Under the pieces are notes generated by a model that ran no database searches, was not told the DNA's origin, and worked only from the letters and a program-made list of their open reading frames with translations. Positions 1 to 13,512 of a stretch of 64,000 nt of DNA are shown here, in pieces. A program made the translations under genes and the position numbers. Origin of the DNA: Tubiluchus corallicola (taxonomy: Eukaryota; Animalia; Priapulida); assembly GCA_030141605.1 (NCBI GenBank), contig JAQGDQ010000596.1, positions 68,627 to 132,626 on the forward strand, given 5' to 3'. Numbering within the stretch: the stretch's first letter is position 1; each line of letters starts with the position of its first letter.

Positions 1-226
1 AATTCATTTTTATTCTGGCAAAAACCACTTGTATAGTTCTGTGTCTTTGTTCTTACCCAGGCATTTATACTCTTTCTCTAATTTACTATATTATTTCAAA
101 CCACATAATGTATAGAGTTGGGGCTACATAGTGTATAGTGGCCGTAAGTAAACGGATTGAATCTAAGTTGTAACATCGAAACAATTAGAAAAAAGATAGG
201 CCATCTTGTAGGTGGAAAATTTTTGT

Positions 227-270
227 TATTTTCAGCTGATGAGGCCCGTTAGGGTGAAGGCTAATGAATA
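227..270 (+). ncRNA. Degenerate minimal type I hammerhead ribozyme motif (Penelope pLTR-like remnant)
   Basis: CTGATGA (236-242), stem II gccc-gtta-gggt, GAAG instead of GAAA, then GCTA cleavage context. Flanks ttca/tgaa can pair as stem I, and AATAAA follows. Core is mutated. Confidence 0.45.
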
Positions 271-360
271 AATATTATAATCTTTGAGACCAGAAATCTT
301 TGTTTTCCTGTGTTAATGATGCCAAGTCTCAGAAAAGCTTTCTCGTATTTCAAGTCCTGA

Positions 361-437
361 GATTAGATTACATTACATTGCATTAGATTAGATTAGATTA
401 GATTAGATTCGATTAGATCTAGATTAGATTAGATTAG
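361..437. repeat. (TTAGA)n pentanucleotide microsatellite
   Basis: Imperfect gatta/catta repeats read directly. Confidence 0.9.
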
Positions 438-1025
438 AAAATTCTAAAAACCGTGTGTACAATTTTAAATCTGTTTGACTAAATAGAAGAAAAAGCTTTG
501 ACTTGGCAGGAAAATTTTTATCTTAATGAAAATGCCAAGCTTATAGATTACGTCATGACAGGTCATACGAATATTTTCTAAGAAACGAATTTCTACTGGA
601 CACTATTAGCCACACGGATGACAGAGAAGCGACAAAAACCGACACGCTCTGTTACATGGCGTTCACAAATGTTTTACCACTACAACCATTCTAGATTTAA
701 AAGCGTCCCACTTGAAAAACAAATTTCAGCAGATCAGGTTACTCTGGAGGTACCCACTTTCCCGGGATCGCATGGAAAACCCATGAATGAACTAAGCCGG
801 CTTTATACAGTAAATCCCATAGTAACTCAGCCGTCCATATCTTAGGCTATTCAGCACCCCTGAAAGGCTTTAGTCCCGGCTCAGAGTCAGGCACCTTATT
901 GAAGTAAGTACACGATTCATCATCACCTGTCCTTGTTACACACTTGAACACATGCCTGGCATACCAGCCAGACCACATCAGTCTGTAAAACATGTATTGT
1001 CAAATTGTTGGGGTATCCGGACCCC

Positions 1026-1182
1026 GTCAAAACAATCTACTCTTTAAGATATTGAAAGGAAACATGCTATTTTTATCACACAAACACAATTTCACGTTCG
1101 CGCCACTAGTTCTTCCCTGTTATATGCATTTCGCCATTTCCTAGTTAGACGGGCACTAGCGCCTGTATTTCGGAAACGCATT
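1026..1182 (+). mobile_element. Interspersed repeat fragment, copy A
   Basis: gtcaaaacaatctactctttaa...ctagttagacgggc...gaaacgcatt recurs as a reverse complement at about 32057-32229. Confidence 0.7.
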
Positions 1183-1873
1183 ACACAAAAAGAAGTGCTG
1201 CATCTCTCAGTTCAGATATTTTAGTTTGTGACGTATTGCACACGCCCGTGGAATCTTTTTGCTGTTCAAAATTATGTTAGTTTGTGATATCATCAATAAT
1301 GGGGACTTGCTCGTCAGTAATTGAGATTTAATTATGTAATTATCAGAACTGCTTTTGCATTATTACTGGTGTTAAATGTGTACTTTTAGCTGTAGTTGAA
1401 AATGTATGAAAAATCATCCTGTCTTCCTTTAACTCGCTTTCAAAAATAACCTACATCTGTGTAAAATACAATAAATTCCGAACTTTGAATAAACAGAAAC
1501 ATATGCCCTATCTAACGGCTCTGCCCTCTAATGGAGTAAAGCGGGACAATTGTCTATAAGTCTCAATTAGGTAAAATATGACGCCTGTCAGAATTTGCTG
1601 ATGTAAGTGGCTAAAATTATTGTTTAAAATGGCCAGCGGTAAGCGCCTCTCATCTGATAATTTATTACCACTTTAGCTGCACCCCGGGGGGCCTCCTGGT
1701 CCTTTAGTTTCGACGAAATTCCCAGATGAAATGAAGCGATACCATTATGCGTTTGTCTAAAACCAGCATATGTGGCTCCCTGATGGTTCGACCACCTCTT
1801 CTATGAGATGAAGCTTAAGAGAGATAGATCACTGAATAAATATTACGTACTTTAAGTACACTGTTATATGAAT

Positions 1874-1889
1874 CTCTCTCTCTCTCTCT

Positions 1890-1938
<49 letters not shown>

Positions 1939-1947
1939 CCCTCCCTG

Positions 1948-1981
<34 letters not shown>

Positions 1982-1998
1982 TCTCTTTCTCTCTCTCT

Positions 1999-2039
<41 letters not shown>

Positions 2040-2148
2040 ACTCACTCTCTTTCTCTCTCTCTTTCTCTCCTCTCCCTCCCTCCCTCCTCTCTTTCTCTCA
2101 CTCACTCACTCACTCACTCACTCTCTCCCAATCTCTCTTTTTCTCTCT
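1874..2148. repeat. (CT)n and (CTCA)n microsatellite
   Basis: Read directly; overlapping ORFs are poly-ER/SL artefacts. Confidence 0.95.
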
Positions 2149-2881
2149 TCAGAACAGAAAAACAACACTGAGCAACAGTTCAGTAGTTTTAACTATTAAA
2201 ATAGCCAAAACATACGAACGTATGTGATATAAAACAAAATAGATAACTTAACAATTTACGTTACAGACTACATATTTTGATTGGTATGAAACTATGTAAC
2301 ACTCCACAAACAAACAAACAAACAAATATGTTAGTAGTAACGAAATGATGTCTGTAGTAATAGTAGTAGTAATATCTATTTAATATTATATCATATATAT
2401 TTTCACTATTAACTACTAAATTGTAATTCGACGTTATTTATCTATATCTATGCTACGCTTTGCTATCTAAACCAATACGCAATACTAATTGTAATGGAGA
2501 ACGGGGACCTGCTTAAGACCTTCCTGTTAACATTGTTAGAAATGATATTCAGTGTAGATTATGATAACAATGCACAATAACTTTATAGCACCTGCGTCCG
2601 TCTGTGGCTACAGGGGTCACTTTAATGAGCTGCAGCTTCCAAAATTATAACGAAGGTGATAATGAACGTACGTAATACCTTGAAATGAGTCCCTACAATG
2701 CAGGGTCGTCAAGAGACAACACCTGAGTTGCTGCTAATTAAATTTGTTAATTGAAGCCGTATTAATGCGCGCATACATAATACATTTCCTGCTCGGGACG
2801 AGAGATACATTGTTACAAGGTCAGAGTAAATTTTAGTTTATTTTGACAATTTCAAACATTGTTAGAAATACAGTCACAAAA

Positions 2882-3786
2882 ACAGGTCTACTAACGTCTC
2901 ATATACAGGCTTAATGTCTCATATACAGGCCTACTGTTTCACATGCACGCCTACTGTCTCACGTACGGGCCTAGCGTCTCACGTGCAGTCCTAGTGTTTC
3001 ACATGCAAGTCTACTGTCTCACGTACAGGCCTACTGTCTCACATGCAGGTCGACAGTCTCACTTACAATCCTAATATCTCACACACAGGTCTGCTGTTTC
3101 ACATGCACGCCTACTGTCTCACATACAGGCCTGGCGTCTCACGTGCAGGCCTACTGTTTCACATGCAAGCCTACTGTCTCACATACAGGCCTACTGTTTC
3201 ACATATATGCCTCATATACAGGCCTAATATCTCACACACAGGTCTGCTGTTTCACATGCAAGCCTACTGCCTCACATACAGGCCTGGCGTCTCACGTGCA
3301 GGCCTACTGTTTCACATGCAAGCCTACTGTCTCACATACAGGCCTGGCTACGGACCTAGTGTTTCACTGCAGTCTACTGTCACTACAGGCCTCGTCTCAC
3401 GCACCACAACTGTCTCACATACACGCCTACTGTCTCACATACAGGCACCCCCTCAGGCATCTCACGTGCAGTCCTAGTGTTTCACATGCAGGTCTACTGT
3501 CTCACATACAGGCCTGGCGTCTCACGCGCAGGCCTAGTGTTTCATATGCAGGTCTACTGTCTCACGTACAGGCCTACTGTCTCACGTACTATTCGACTGT
3601 CTCACATGCAAGTGTACTGTCTCACGTACAGGCATACTGTCTCACATGCAGGTCGACAGTCTCACTTAGAATCCTACTGTCTCACATACAGGCAGACACT
3701 CTCACTTAAAATCCTACTGTCTCACATACAAGCCGACAGTCTCACTTAGAATCCTACTGTCTCACTTACAGGCAGACAGTCTCACA
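2882..3786. repeat. About 20-bp minisatellite (CAGGCCTACTGTCTCACATA-like), roughly 45 diverged units
   Basis: 20-nt periodicity, with blocks of several units repeated (e.g. about 3070 and 3223). Confidence 0.92.
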
Positions 3787-4713
3787 AACACACACGTTCA
3801 ATATGTACTGCGAATGCAACATTTATGGCTAGTACTTTATAATGGAATGAATCTGCAATTCATCCACTGGACCCAGGCTCAAGCCCAGATTCAGTCATAA
3901 TTTTCAAGCTTTTTTCCACTCCGTTCTACCTCATTAAATCTTGAAAGCATGAATACAATAATTGTTGTAATTGTCGGTCTTGAATATTAACTTTAGTTTG
4001 GATTAAAATAATCTTTTTTCACGATATACCCGAAATCGAAGTTGTCGAAAAAATTTAATTATTTCATTATTTAAATGACGGTAGCGATAAGCCGGGGTCG
4101 TTTTGCCAATAATTTTTTTATTTGCTTTCAAACTATCCACTCAAGTCTCAAATTTAAATTTAGATCGATGAAAATCTTCTCTTGATGGCAGGTTTTTGAA
4201 AAAAGAAAAGTTTCAAAAAGCCCTGAAAGCAAAACTTCGTGGAATTCCAATAACTTCGACTCAACGCTATTTCACAAACCAACCACAACAGCTGCCATTG
4301 AGATAATAGCCACGTTATTACTGGAGGTTATTCAGGTTAAACTATAGTCTAAATCGTCACACACGTATACTAAATTCGTTAAGAGTTATTTCTTGTATAA
4401 TAATAACGGCATATTACCAGCATAAATGCGCCAGTATGACCATTTGTATAATTGCACCACTGCAATAAGCCATCTTGAAACAAAAGCGCAACAAATAGGC
4501 GCACGTTCTGGCTACTGAAAGGGAGGAAATCGCATTAAGTGGTGAGCTAAAACAAAGAGGCTTTGTCCCGTATCGATTCTCCCACCTGTTTGCAGACATA
4601 AGCCCGCACCCAAAATCCTGCAGTCCGCACCCCAAACCTAGCTGGAGAAATACCCTGAATGAACATTTATTCGTCATTCTTCAGTACCAAATGCCACAGC
4701 ATAAAAATGAAGA

Positions 4714-5040
4714 TCATCATCTTCTTCGTCCTCGTCGTCCTCGTCGTTGTCGTCGTCGTCATCATCACCATCTTCTTCTTTTTTTCTTTTTCTTGTTTTT
4801 CGTCGTCATCATCATCATCTTCTTCTTCTTCGTCGTCGTCGTCATCATCATCATCGTCTTCTTCTTTTTCTTCTGCTTCATCGTCGTCGTCATCATCATC
4901 ATCTTCTTCTTCGTCGTCGTCGTCATTATCTTCATCTTCTTTTTTCTTCTTCGCCGTTGTCGTCGTCATCATATTTATCTTCGTCGTCGTTGTCGTCGTC
5001 ATCATCGTCATCATCATCATCATCGAATATCACCATCATT
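4714..5040. repeat. Mixed (TCA/TCG/TCT)n trinucleotide tract
   Basis: Read directly; translates as poly-S, poly-D/E or poly-H/R depending on frame. Confidence 0.9.
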
Positions 5041-6817
5041 AATATCATTCCAGGTATAAATTATAATACTACACTTATTTTTAACGCGTAACATAAATGT
5101 TTAACGAATTCAGCAGTGTTAATAATTCTCACAATTTTACCCACGAAAAATACCATAAACATGTTTTGCAAACGTGAGATTATCGCTCTCAAACTGACTG
5201 TTTTTGCTTCGTTTTCGTAATTATTACCATGTAACACTTAGTACTTTCTGAATTCCAACGTGCTCACACCTATGACTGTGCTGTACGTACAGAAGCCCCT
5301 GGATACATCGTTTCTTTACTGCTACTGATTATCAACACGAAATTTTTAAACCGTGACATATAAAGTTTATGTAGGTGACTACTAATTCGTAGTTGTCACA
5401 TGAATATAACGACATCATAGCACGCCCTCTGGCGATTTGGAACTACAAATTGTCACCAAAAAAGAGGAGTATCGCTCAGGCTAGGGTTGAACAAATTCGT
5501 AAAGTTAGCAGAAAGAGCAAATCTCGCTTCATACATTAAAACAACTAACTAAACTTCATTTCGTCGTGGGGGCAAGAAAAAATGCATGAGATCAACTTAC
5601 CGGACGCGAAGGAGAATTCGTCCAGTTGTTGGAGTGACATTCCAATGCATAACGAAACTACAGTCGCTAATACAGCATCACACCACCTATAATAGTTACG
5701 CAAGTATCATGGTAAAACATGTAGGAAACTAAAAATACTATAGCAACCCGATACCCTAATTCGGCCTTGGTTTTTGAGCGTTGACCAACCTCCCTCTCGA
5801 CTTGACCAATGGCCGAGATTGTAATTTTTAGAATTCGAACTATAGCTAGTGAAACTATAAGTAATTGAATTTAATCCAAAAATTTGAACTTTTCCTTTTT
5901 ACATTCTGTGTAACCTAATTAGCAATCAATGTGAATTCAATCAATCCACGTGTGGTAAACGAACTGATACTAATTAGTTTTACCTGCTTAACATTTTACC
6001 GTCTCCTCGTACGATCACACAAACTCACAAATTACATTGTTTACAACACACGAGCCAGCATCACTGAGCGAATGAAAACACGTTCTGACCGAGAGAGCAA
6101 AAGTGGTTACAACTCGAACGCTTCAAGAGACAAACTGAGTTCCGGACAAAACCGCAGACTCCGACGTGCAAGATTGCAGAGCGGAACCGCTCGAGGTCGC
6201 TGACTGTCAGCACCTCTTTCTGAGCCTCGGCGCTTCGAGAGACACCAGTAAGACTGCGAGCTCAGTCGATAATCATCTCAAGAAATGTCAAACTTATTCA
6301 ACTTGACGAGGCTGGTAAGCGTTTGCCCTGCGAAGCAAAAAAACGAAGTCTACTAGTAAAAAAAGGTGGAAAATATTGAAAATGGCTAATTTGTTGTCAC
6401 TTATCAGTTATTTTGCATATAATATGTATGTTAACAATTCTTACCTGTTTTTTTTTATTTCTGCGTTTTGTTTATTTTTAACAGTGACCCGCATAGTTAT
6501 TAATTTATGCATTAAATTTTTAAATTAAACAAATTATATAAAACATAACAAATTTCACATTCCAAAATATAAAACCAATGTTATGAAACAGTGTCGACAT
6601 AGATATTTACTTATGGAATTGTCTGTAGCTAATTAAGTAGGTAACTTAAAGGTGAAAAAAGGGCATTTTTACAGTACAGTACGTCCCAAAAAAACTTCCC
6701 ACACAAAGTTATATTACTTAGCATTATCCCTACCAGTTTCGAAAAACTTTTGTAATTAGAGAAAAAAATTCTTAATAGTTTAAAATATTTCCGCTACCTG
6801 CGCTAAAAGCGGCAATA

Positions 6818-6937
6818 CATCCCTATCCCAGTGTGCACCACTGATTCACCAACAGCACTCCATCCCTATCCCAGTGTGCACCACTGATTCACAAACAGCA
6901 CTCCATCCCTATCCCAGTGTACACTTCTGATTCACAA
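6818..6937. repeat. 43-bp tandem repeat, about 2.8 copies
   Basis: catccctatcccagtgt starts at 6818, 6861 and 6904. Confidence 0.92.
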
Positions 6938-7607
6938 ACAAACATTTTACTACCCTTACCCACAAAATAAAGTAATTTAAGCTTTTGCTTAGATACTGAA
7001 CAGAGCTACGAATGTTCAGATTATTTTTACGCGATGTTATCTAAACTTGTTTCAAATGACTTACCCTCAAAATGGCTGCGCCTAACGTGAGTTTAAATTT
7101 ACGAGTTTTATAAAGCGGTACCGCTAACGCAAGTTCTCTTGTGCTTTATAATATAATATGACTGGATATTATGCAATTAATTTTGTAATTAACTACGCTA
7201 AGCATCATAATTGGCATAATATTTAATTAAAATTTTAACATTACCTACTTTTAAATGTGTTTTTGTGTGTGAAAATAAGTTTAATAAAATCTAAAAGTTG
7301 CTGTAGCTGGTACAAACACCTTCCCTGGTGCTGACTACCGACGCAGATTACTTTCACTTTCTTGTCGATTGATGGCGCCAGCTAACTAGACATTGTTTTG
7401 GTTGTCAAAGCAGCCAAATCTCAAATACATCTGAGGAGAAATTTCATAATAGCGCTTTACCGTATGTAGGAAATAGTACTGGAGCTCAGAGTCTAAGTGA
7501 GGAATGTTAAACTGTTAATATCACCTGTAGTTCCATCTATAAAACTGAACTATTTGAAACTAATGTGATTACAGAATAGTATTTTATATATTACTTGTAT
7601 TATACTA

Positions 7608-7703
7608 AGTATTGTATTGTATTGTATCGTATCGTATCGTATCGTATCGCATCGCATCGTATTGTATTGTATTGTATTGTGTTGTATTGTATTGTATTGT
7701 ATT
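7608..7703. repeat. (ATTGT)n and (ATCGT)n microsatellite
   Basis: Read directly. Confidence 0.92.
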
Positions 7704-8594
7704 AAGTAATAAATTAATCTTATAATTCTTATAATGCATATACACAGATTAACCACGTTTAGATCGCATTATAATAGAATCGTCAGTCTGGTATCGTGAC
7801 CATTGCATTGGTCGTGAATTATTTCATGTTGGTGCTGCCATCCGCCGCTGATTTTTGTCAATAAACTCAGCTGAATTACGTCAGGCTATTTGTTCTGCCT
7901 CTTTAGTGCTTGCCTTGGTATAATGGGTGTATCATCTTCGGAGAATACTTTGCTCTATTTTTTATGTAGAATGTTACCACTACAAGCTGGAAACCTTACG
8001 GCTTATCCCACGCGCCGGAATTTACAGGAATTTTGACCTCTTTCACACGTTAGCTTTTAGAAAATCTTTTTTCTTTTTCGTCTATGGATTTATGAAATCA
8101 AAAACTTACATTTTTACGTGAAATAAGATCAACTTTATCGATATTTGAACTTCAGCTAAGTTCGGTTCACCACACGCGCATGCGCTGAGGATTTAGTCAG
8201 CTAAATTGCGACCTGTCACTTAAACATTTCAAAAATAATGATGGTTTTTTTTTTTAGTATCACCTTCTTGTGTTTGCAGTACACCTCTTGAAACAAACAA
8301 AAAAATTTCTGAATTGGTGGAACTGAATTGTGAATAATTATTAAGAAGTAATAGGTTCATTACTCCCTATTTAGAGTGGCAAGTGAACACCCTTGATCCT
8401 GATAGACGTGCCTTTACAATTGATTGTTAGATATTTTATCCTTTCTTCTATCTAGTAACATGTCTGATAGGGATGCTAGCTCCCTATCAGTTAAAGTCGG
8501 CGTGCTTTTCAGTTAAAATTAAACGATGATAAATCAGAATTTCTTTTAATTTAATCTAAACATCAGCTTTCAAAGATTGATGTCAATTGCATAA

Positions 8595-9470
8595 ATGCAT
8601 TTCAGTTTTCCGCGAGCTTTCGTCTTTCATGGACTTGTCAGACGTAAGGTAGAGACTAGAGATACAATAATAAAAATCATGGATAAAACTACATATAAAG
8701 TGTAAGTATACAATGACATTAAAATGAGAGATACGAAATTCACTATGCAACGGTATTAAAAGCTGAACAAGAAACATTATAATTATCAATTTAAAAAAAT
8801 GAAACGAAATTGAAACAGACAAACATATCTGAAATCTACTTGTATAACGATTTTGTCAACGATTTTCGCGCCTTCAGATTTCGTGCCATTTGTCTTGGAT
8901 CACTCTCTCAATGGGTTTTAAACAGTGGGTATTATAGACCGTTTGAGTATATGGGAACGTTTTGGTTGCCAGTAGTGTGTGTGAGAATATATTTACATTG
9001 TTTTTTCTTGCTAGTTATTTGATTTGCTAATGTTAGTGTACCTGAACCTTAACTTGTTCGTCTCAAGACTGGGGCAATGATGTAAGTAATAATTATATTT
9101 AGTTAAATAATTTGAACTTGATGTTTAGTAGCTTGAAACGTAATTAGAATGTGTGGCAGGAAATGTAATTAGTCTAGAAAAGGTTTCAGTTGATTTAGTG
9201 CTACAGAACATTGGCAGTATGTATTACTTTCTGTATTTTCCATTACGACAGCTTCATTTTCATATTGTAAGTTTCAGTATGTCAGACAATAGCACATTTG
9301 CTTTAAATTTTCTGGGTAATTTGTTTCTTGTTATTCTTAATTTGTTTTTTTTTATTTAGAATAAACAGCTATGCAACCCATGATGTTTTCTTGTATCCAT
9401 TACAGCCGGTATTGTATCTACCTCCGTGAAGTCCGTAAAGGACGAAAGTTCCTGTGAAAAAGAAAAATTT
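8595..9470 (-). mobile_element. Degraded Penelope-like element with inverted terminal pLTR copies, each carrying a hammerhead remnant
   Basis: Minus strand 8645-8611 reads CTGACAA-gtc-catgaaa-gac-GAAA-GCTC. A homologous inverted copy on plus at 9410-9462 reads gtcc-gtaaa-ggac-GAAA-GTTC. Between them the minus strand holds PFLD and LKPIERVIQDKWHEI fragments reminiscent of PLE reverse transcriptase and thumb regions. Confidence 0.55.
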
Positions 9471-10058
9471 TAGAGACTTAATTGTCTTCTTTACGATTAT
9501 GACCACGGCAAGTCTCCGAAAAGTACTATCTTATTTTCAGGGATAGATTATCAGAAACGTACACCTGTCATACTAATTTTAAAGAAATTTTTGCATAATT
9601 TAAAGCTCTGATATTCACTTGAAACACTATGCTCAAATTTTATCGAGTGTAATTTCGTTTCAAATTGACGCTGCTAAACCGCAATTTTGAAAAGTATAAG
9701 GTTTATTATTGAGATGAATAAAGTCATCATTATCGTATTGAGTTTCAGACAAACATACGATCAGTTATCATGTTTTGTCAGATCATTAGTAAAATCCGGA
9801 AAATCAAAGTTACTGAGCCTGTCATTATTAATAAATAGTCCATTTATATTTCAGTGACAGATAATAAGAGAACTGTTAATTCGTCGCATAAAAACTGAGA
9901 ACGAAAACAGTAAAATTAATGTTTTTGCGTTATATATGCACTCGTCATAGTGGATTATTAGAGTTATTTAAAAACAAAAACTATTTTAACTTGCGATTAG
10001 ATCGTGAAATACGTGTACTAGTAATATATATAATTGTACTGATCATAAAGCATAGATT

Positions 10059-10265
10059 TGTAACAGTCACATGTGGAGTATTGAGGCGTGGCACATGAAT
10101 GATAGTAGTAGGATTGAGTAGAGCTTCTCTCGTTGATCACTGGAGTGTTCGGTTTGAAGGAAGTCAGTAAAATAAATTAGAAGATTAAAGGTGATACAGT
10201 GTAGAACCCTTGCAATCGATTTCACCGTTTGCCCATACAAGTGGAGAGGAGAGCGAGTTACCACA
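10059..10265 (+). mobile_element. Possible short solo LTR
   Basis: TGTAAC...GTTACCACA ends, internal AATAAA, and TGGT 2 nt downstream; no TSD seen. Confidence 0.25.
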
Positions 10266-11072
10266 GGTGGTACAACAACGCATACCCTCAGTCAAAGATG
10301 TTTACAACATTAAACAATACTAGCTTGCTCCAGCATGCATACACCAAATGATTTCATTAGGGAGGACAGATTTTTTTACTAATTAGTAAACACGGATATT
10401 TAGCTCGATTAAGCACCCTGTATTTATTTTTTCGAGAAAACAGTCAGCTACTCCCTATTACTATTTACTGCAATAAACTCGACGTGAATTTTTGAGAAGA
10501 AACGCGGTGCACTGTAACTTGTAAAAATTAATCAGTCTGAAACGCTAAAAACGTGTGCCGTCTGCAGCCGTAGTGCATGGTCTGTTTTTTTCAATAATTT
10601 TATTTGTGACATTTGTAACTCAGCGCTTGCTTTGTAAATAAAATATCAACTATATTACTAGGTTTCCTTCTTGTGCACTTAACCTACAAATTAATTATTC
10701 AACTGACTGTCCTTAATTTAGTTGACCAAAGAGTATAATACATCAAGGTCCCTAGTAATACTAATAATTGTAATATACTGTAAGGTATTGGATGATATTC
10801 CACTGTCATTAGATTTTTTAACATTCCTGGGCCTTAGTTGTATGTGTTTCGCTTTGCCCGTCTTGTCAGTGACCCTGGTGATGTTGCACTGTGTCAAACC
10901 TGCCTACTTTAAAATTTTGCCCTAAATTTCGCCCAATTATGAAGGGACGATGAGGTAGTTTTAATGCCGCCTATATAATTATAAATAATTGTGCTTACAT
11001 GCTATGTTATATGCTTTATCTAATATTTCCTTGTTTCAGTATGTATCGCTTTTTAGCTAAATGGTAACAAAA

Positions 11073-13216
11073 ATGCGGAATTCATCAGTCCTAAAGAAAT
11101 TGACTTCAATGACGATTGGCATGAGAGGTTTGTATAATGAAAAACTTAATAACTTATTTTTGTGACGTGGGACTTTTTTGTGACTTGGTTGACGTGAGAC
11201 GGTAAAATGATAGAAATTGAATATCTGTTACAATATCTAATTGAATATCTATTAGAGTATCAAAAAAGAATTGCAGATGAATTGTATTTGAAGCTGTTAT
11301 GGTAAATGTACCAAGCTGCATTGAATTAACATTTTATAGATTAATGGTGTGTAAGTTAACTAGATTATACCAACGACACTTGACTTATTGGGCGTTCATG
11401 AGTATTGCAAAAATTAATCAGTCTCTTGTAGTCCTCTGCATCACATTTTGAACTATGTGTAAGGCTTTTATGATTTTTAACATACTTTGTTGATATTTTA
11501 TCTGTTTTCAATTTCTTTTGCCAATTTTGATACCCTAAGCACGTGCTTAGTTTGCTTATGCGTTAATTCGGCTCAGCCAGCAACGGATTAAAGTTTGTTA
11601 GTGCCCTAAGCACACTCTGCATCTGGTGCCGTGGCTCTCTCCTTTGCCCCGCGTCAGTTCGTGCAAGTTTTGTGATTCAGAATTTACGTACTATGTGACA
11701 CAAATCATGCGACATTGTTATGTAAAACAAGCTGCATTGCTCTATGCTGTATAGGATTTATGACACTTAAATTTTTTTTACTTCAAAACTAAATTTAAAT
11801 TAAATAGGTCAGCTACTACAAAAAGGTTAGATGCTTCAGATAAAGCTAGCATGAGCTAAGTGCTGACAGTAAGCTGAGGCTGTGTATATTTTGAGTAACG
11901 TATTATCAAGGGACATTTGTCTACTTTTACTTTCTCATAAAATTCTGTAATTTTAATTGATATGAAGATTCATATCAACCTATATTATTCTGTTTTGTGC
12001 AAAGATTATATTCCCTTATTTAGTTCGCATATTACTGATAAAATTGTCAATTTTAAACTTCTTAAGAACAATTATTTAATATTTAGTATCCCACAACATA
12101 AAACATAGCATAGATGTTATCAGACAGTGACAAATTAATCTGTGTGATTTTGCAAATTTGACCTTCTTTGTTGCACTCGTGTTATTACATGCTGTCATAA
12201 TTTTGCTGTCACGGTTGTATTCAACGAGTCAGGTGCAGTCGTATGAATTTGAAATATCTTTTGGTTTGCAATACTGTTTACAATTTTCAGGTATTGCAAG
12301 CTCCACTTGTCTCTGGACCACTTTTGTAGGTGCTACTCCTTTAATTCTTTTGTACAATTTTTGGATATCCAGTTATGAAACCACTACAGTGAACAAGACA
12401 CTCGGCTCAGAGCCACAGCGTACTCAACCAACATTTCTAGTCCCTAACATAGTCCATTTCATTCGGTTTAACCAGCCGAACATAACATTTGTGGACATGG
12501 TCTGCATCAAGTCGGCATTAGAGGTCATTCAGCCGCAAAAGCTTTTCATTCATTGTGATGTTCCACCGACAGGAAGGTACTGGGACATGATAAAGAATCA
12601 CAAGGCCATCAAAGTGGTCGTGCGCGAAAAACCTACCCACATATTCGGACGTCCGATAGGAAATCACCTTCAGCATGTCTCAGATGTGGCACGATTGGAA
12701 ATATTGATGGAGCAAGGTGGCATTTATTTCGATAACGACGTGTACGTAATTAAACCCTTTGACAAATTTAGAAAGCATACTTTCACGGTCGGATGGTCGA
12801 CACAGGACAATGTAATGAGTAATGCAATGGGTAATATGATTCTAGTCAGTGCGCGAGATGCACCATTTTTACTTGAGTATTATGACACGTATCACATGTT
12901 CAATAATTCCAAGTGGTATTTCAATGCAGGGGAGCTACCGGCTAATGAGATCCTGTCGAGAAAGCCAGGTATAGCTAACTGTGTTTCTAATGACGTATTT
13001 AGCATAACTACAGACAATGCTCGTTCAGTTTTTAACAGTAATGTAGACTGGCATGATCGATGGCACGCTGTGCATCTGCAGTATCGGTCAAAGCCACGAT
13101 TCCTTCCGCTCGATCCGCTCGAGGAATACGACCCGCAGAACATAAAAAAGCTGGAGACTACCTTTGGGCAGATGTTAAGATATACCTTCTATGGAACTAA
13201 AGACTTCGTCGACTGA
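11073..13216 (+). CDS. GT32-family DXD glycosyltransferase (alpha-1,4-GlcNAc/Gal transferase-like), Golgi type II membrane protein; exons 11073-11127 and 12291-13216
   Basis: VPNIVHFI, HVSDVARLEILMEQGGIYFDNDV (DxD) motifs. Upstream exon MRNSSVLKKLTSMTIGMR-G|gtttgt joins in phase 1 to ttttcag|GT, giving a short basic tail plus a TM segment. Confidence 0.85.
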
Positions 13217-13512
13217 GCGATCGTTCTCGTTACAAGTCAGCTGACGATACACTGGCACAAAGCAACAAGGTGTTACGCAAACAGTACGGAACAATTTATT
13301 GTATGAAAAGTTTGCTTAAACGACAGAGAAACGTATCACGTCTTCAAAGTTTAGTATGAAAGCCCCATACACATATCACACAGCTTGCAATCTTGAAGGG
13401 CATGATCCGAGCAGTGACTTGAAAATTCTGAGACTAATTTTTTCGATTAAAGTGAATGGCCGGCAAAGTCGCTGGACATCAAAGACACTGAAGTTCTCCA
13501 AAAGGACAGAAT

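Noticed and set aside
361-437. Telomeric repeat
   Set aside because: The unit is TTAGA, not TTAGG or TTAGGG, and the tract is short and imperfect.
1815-5091. ORFs over the (CT)n, 20-bp and trinucleotide repeats
   Set aside because: Stop-free frames are caused by low complexity; no domain or splice support.
5420-5434. CTCF-like motif (also near 29765 and 50855)
   Set aside because: Isolated motif matches, two of them inside repeats; function cannot be supported from sequence.
8810-9080. Degenerate THAP domain on plus (FRF...QW...W.P..VC, RLKTGA)
   Set aside because: The zinc ligands are incomplete and the frames are broken; a minus-strand Penelope relic with flanking inverted repeats explains the region better.
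12158-12290. N-terminal extension of the GT32 ORF in the track
   Set aside because: It starts at TTG and lies upstream of a good acceptor; a phase-compatible ATG exon exists at 11073-11127.
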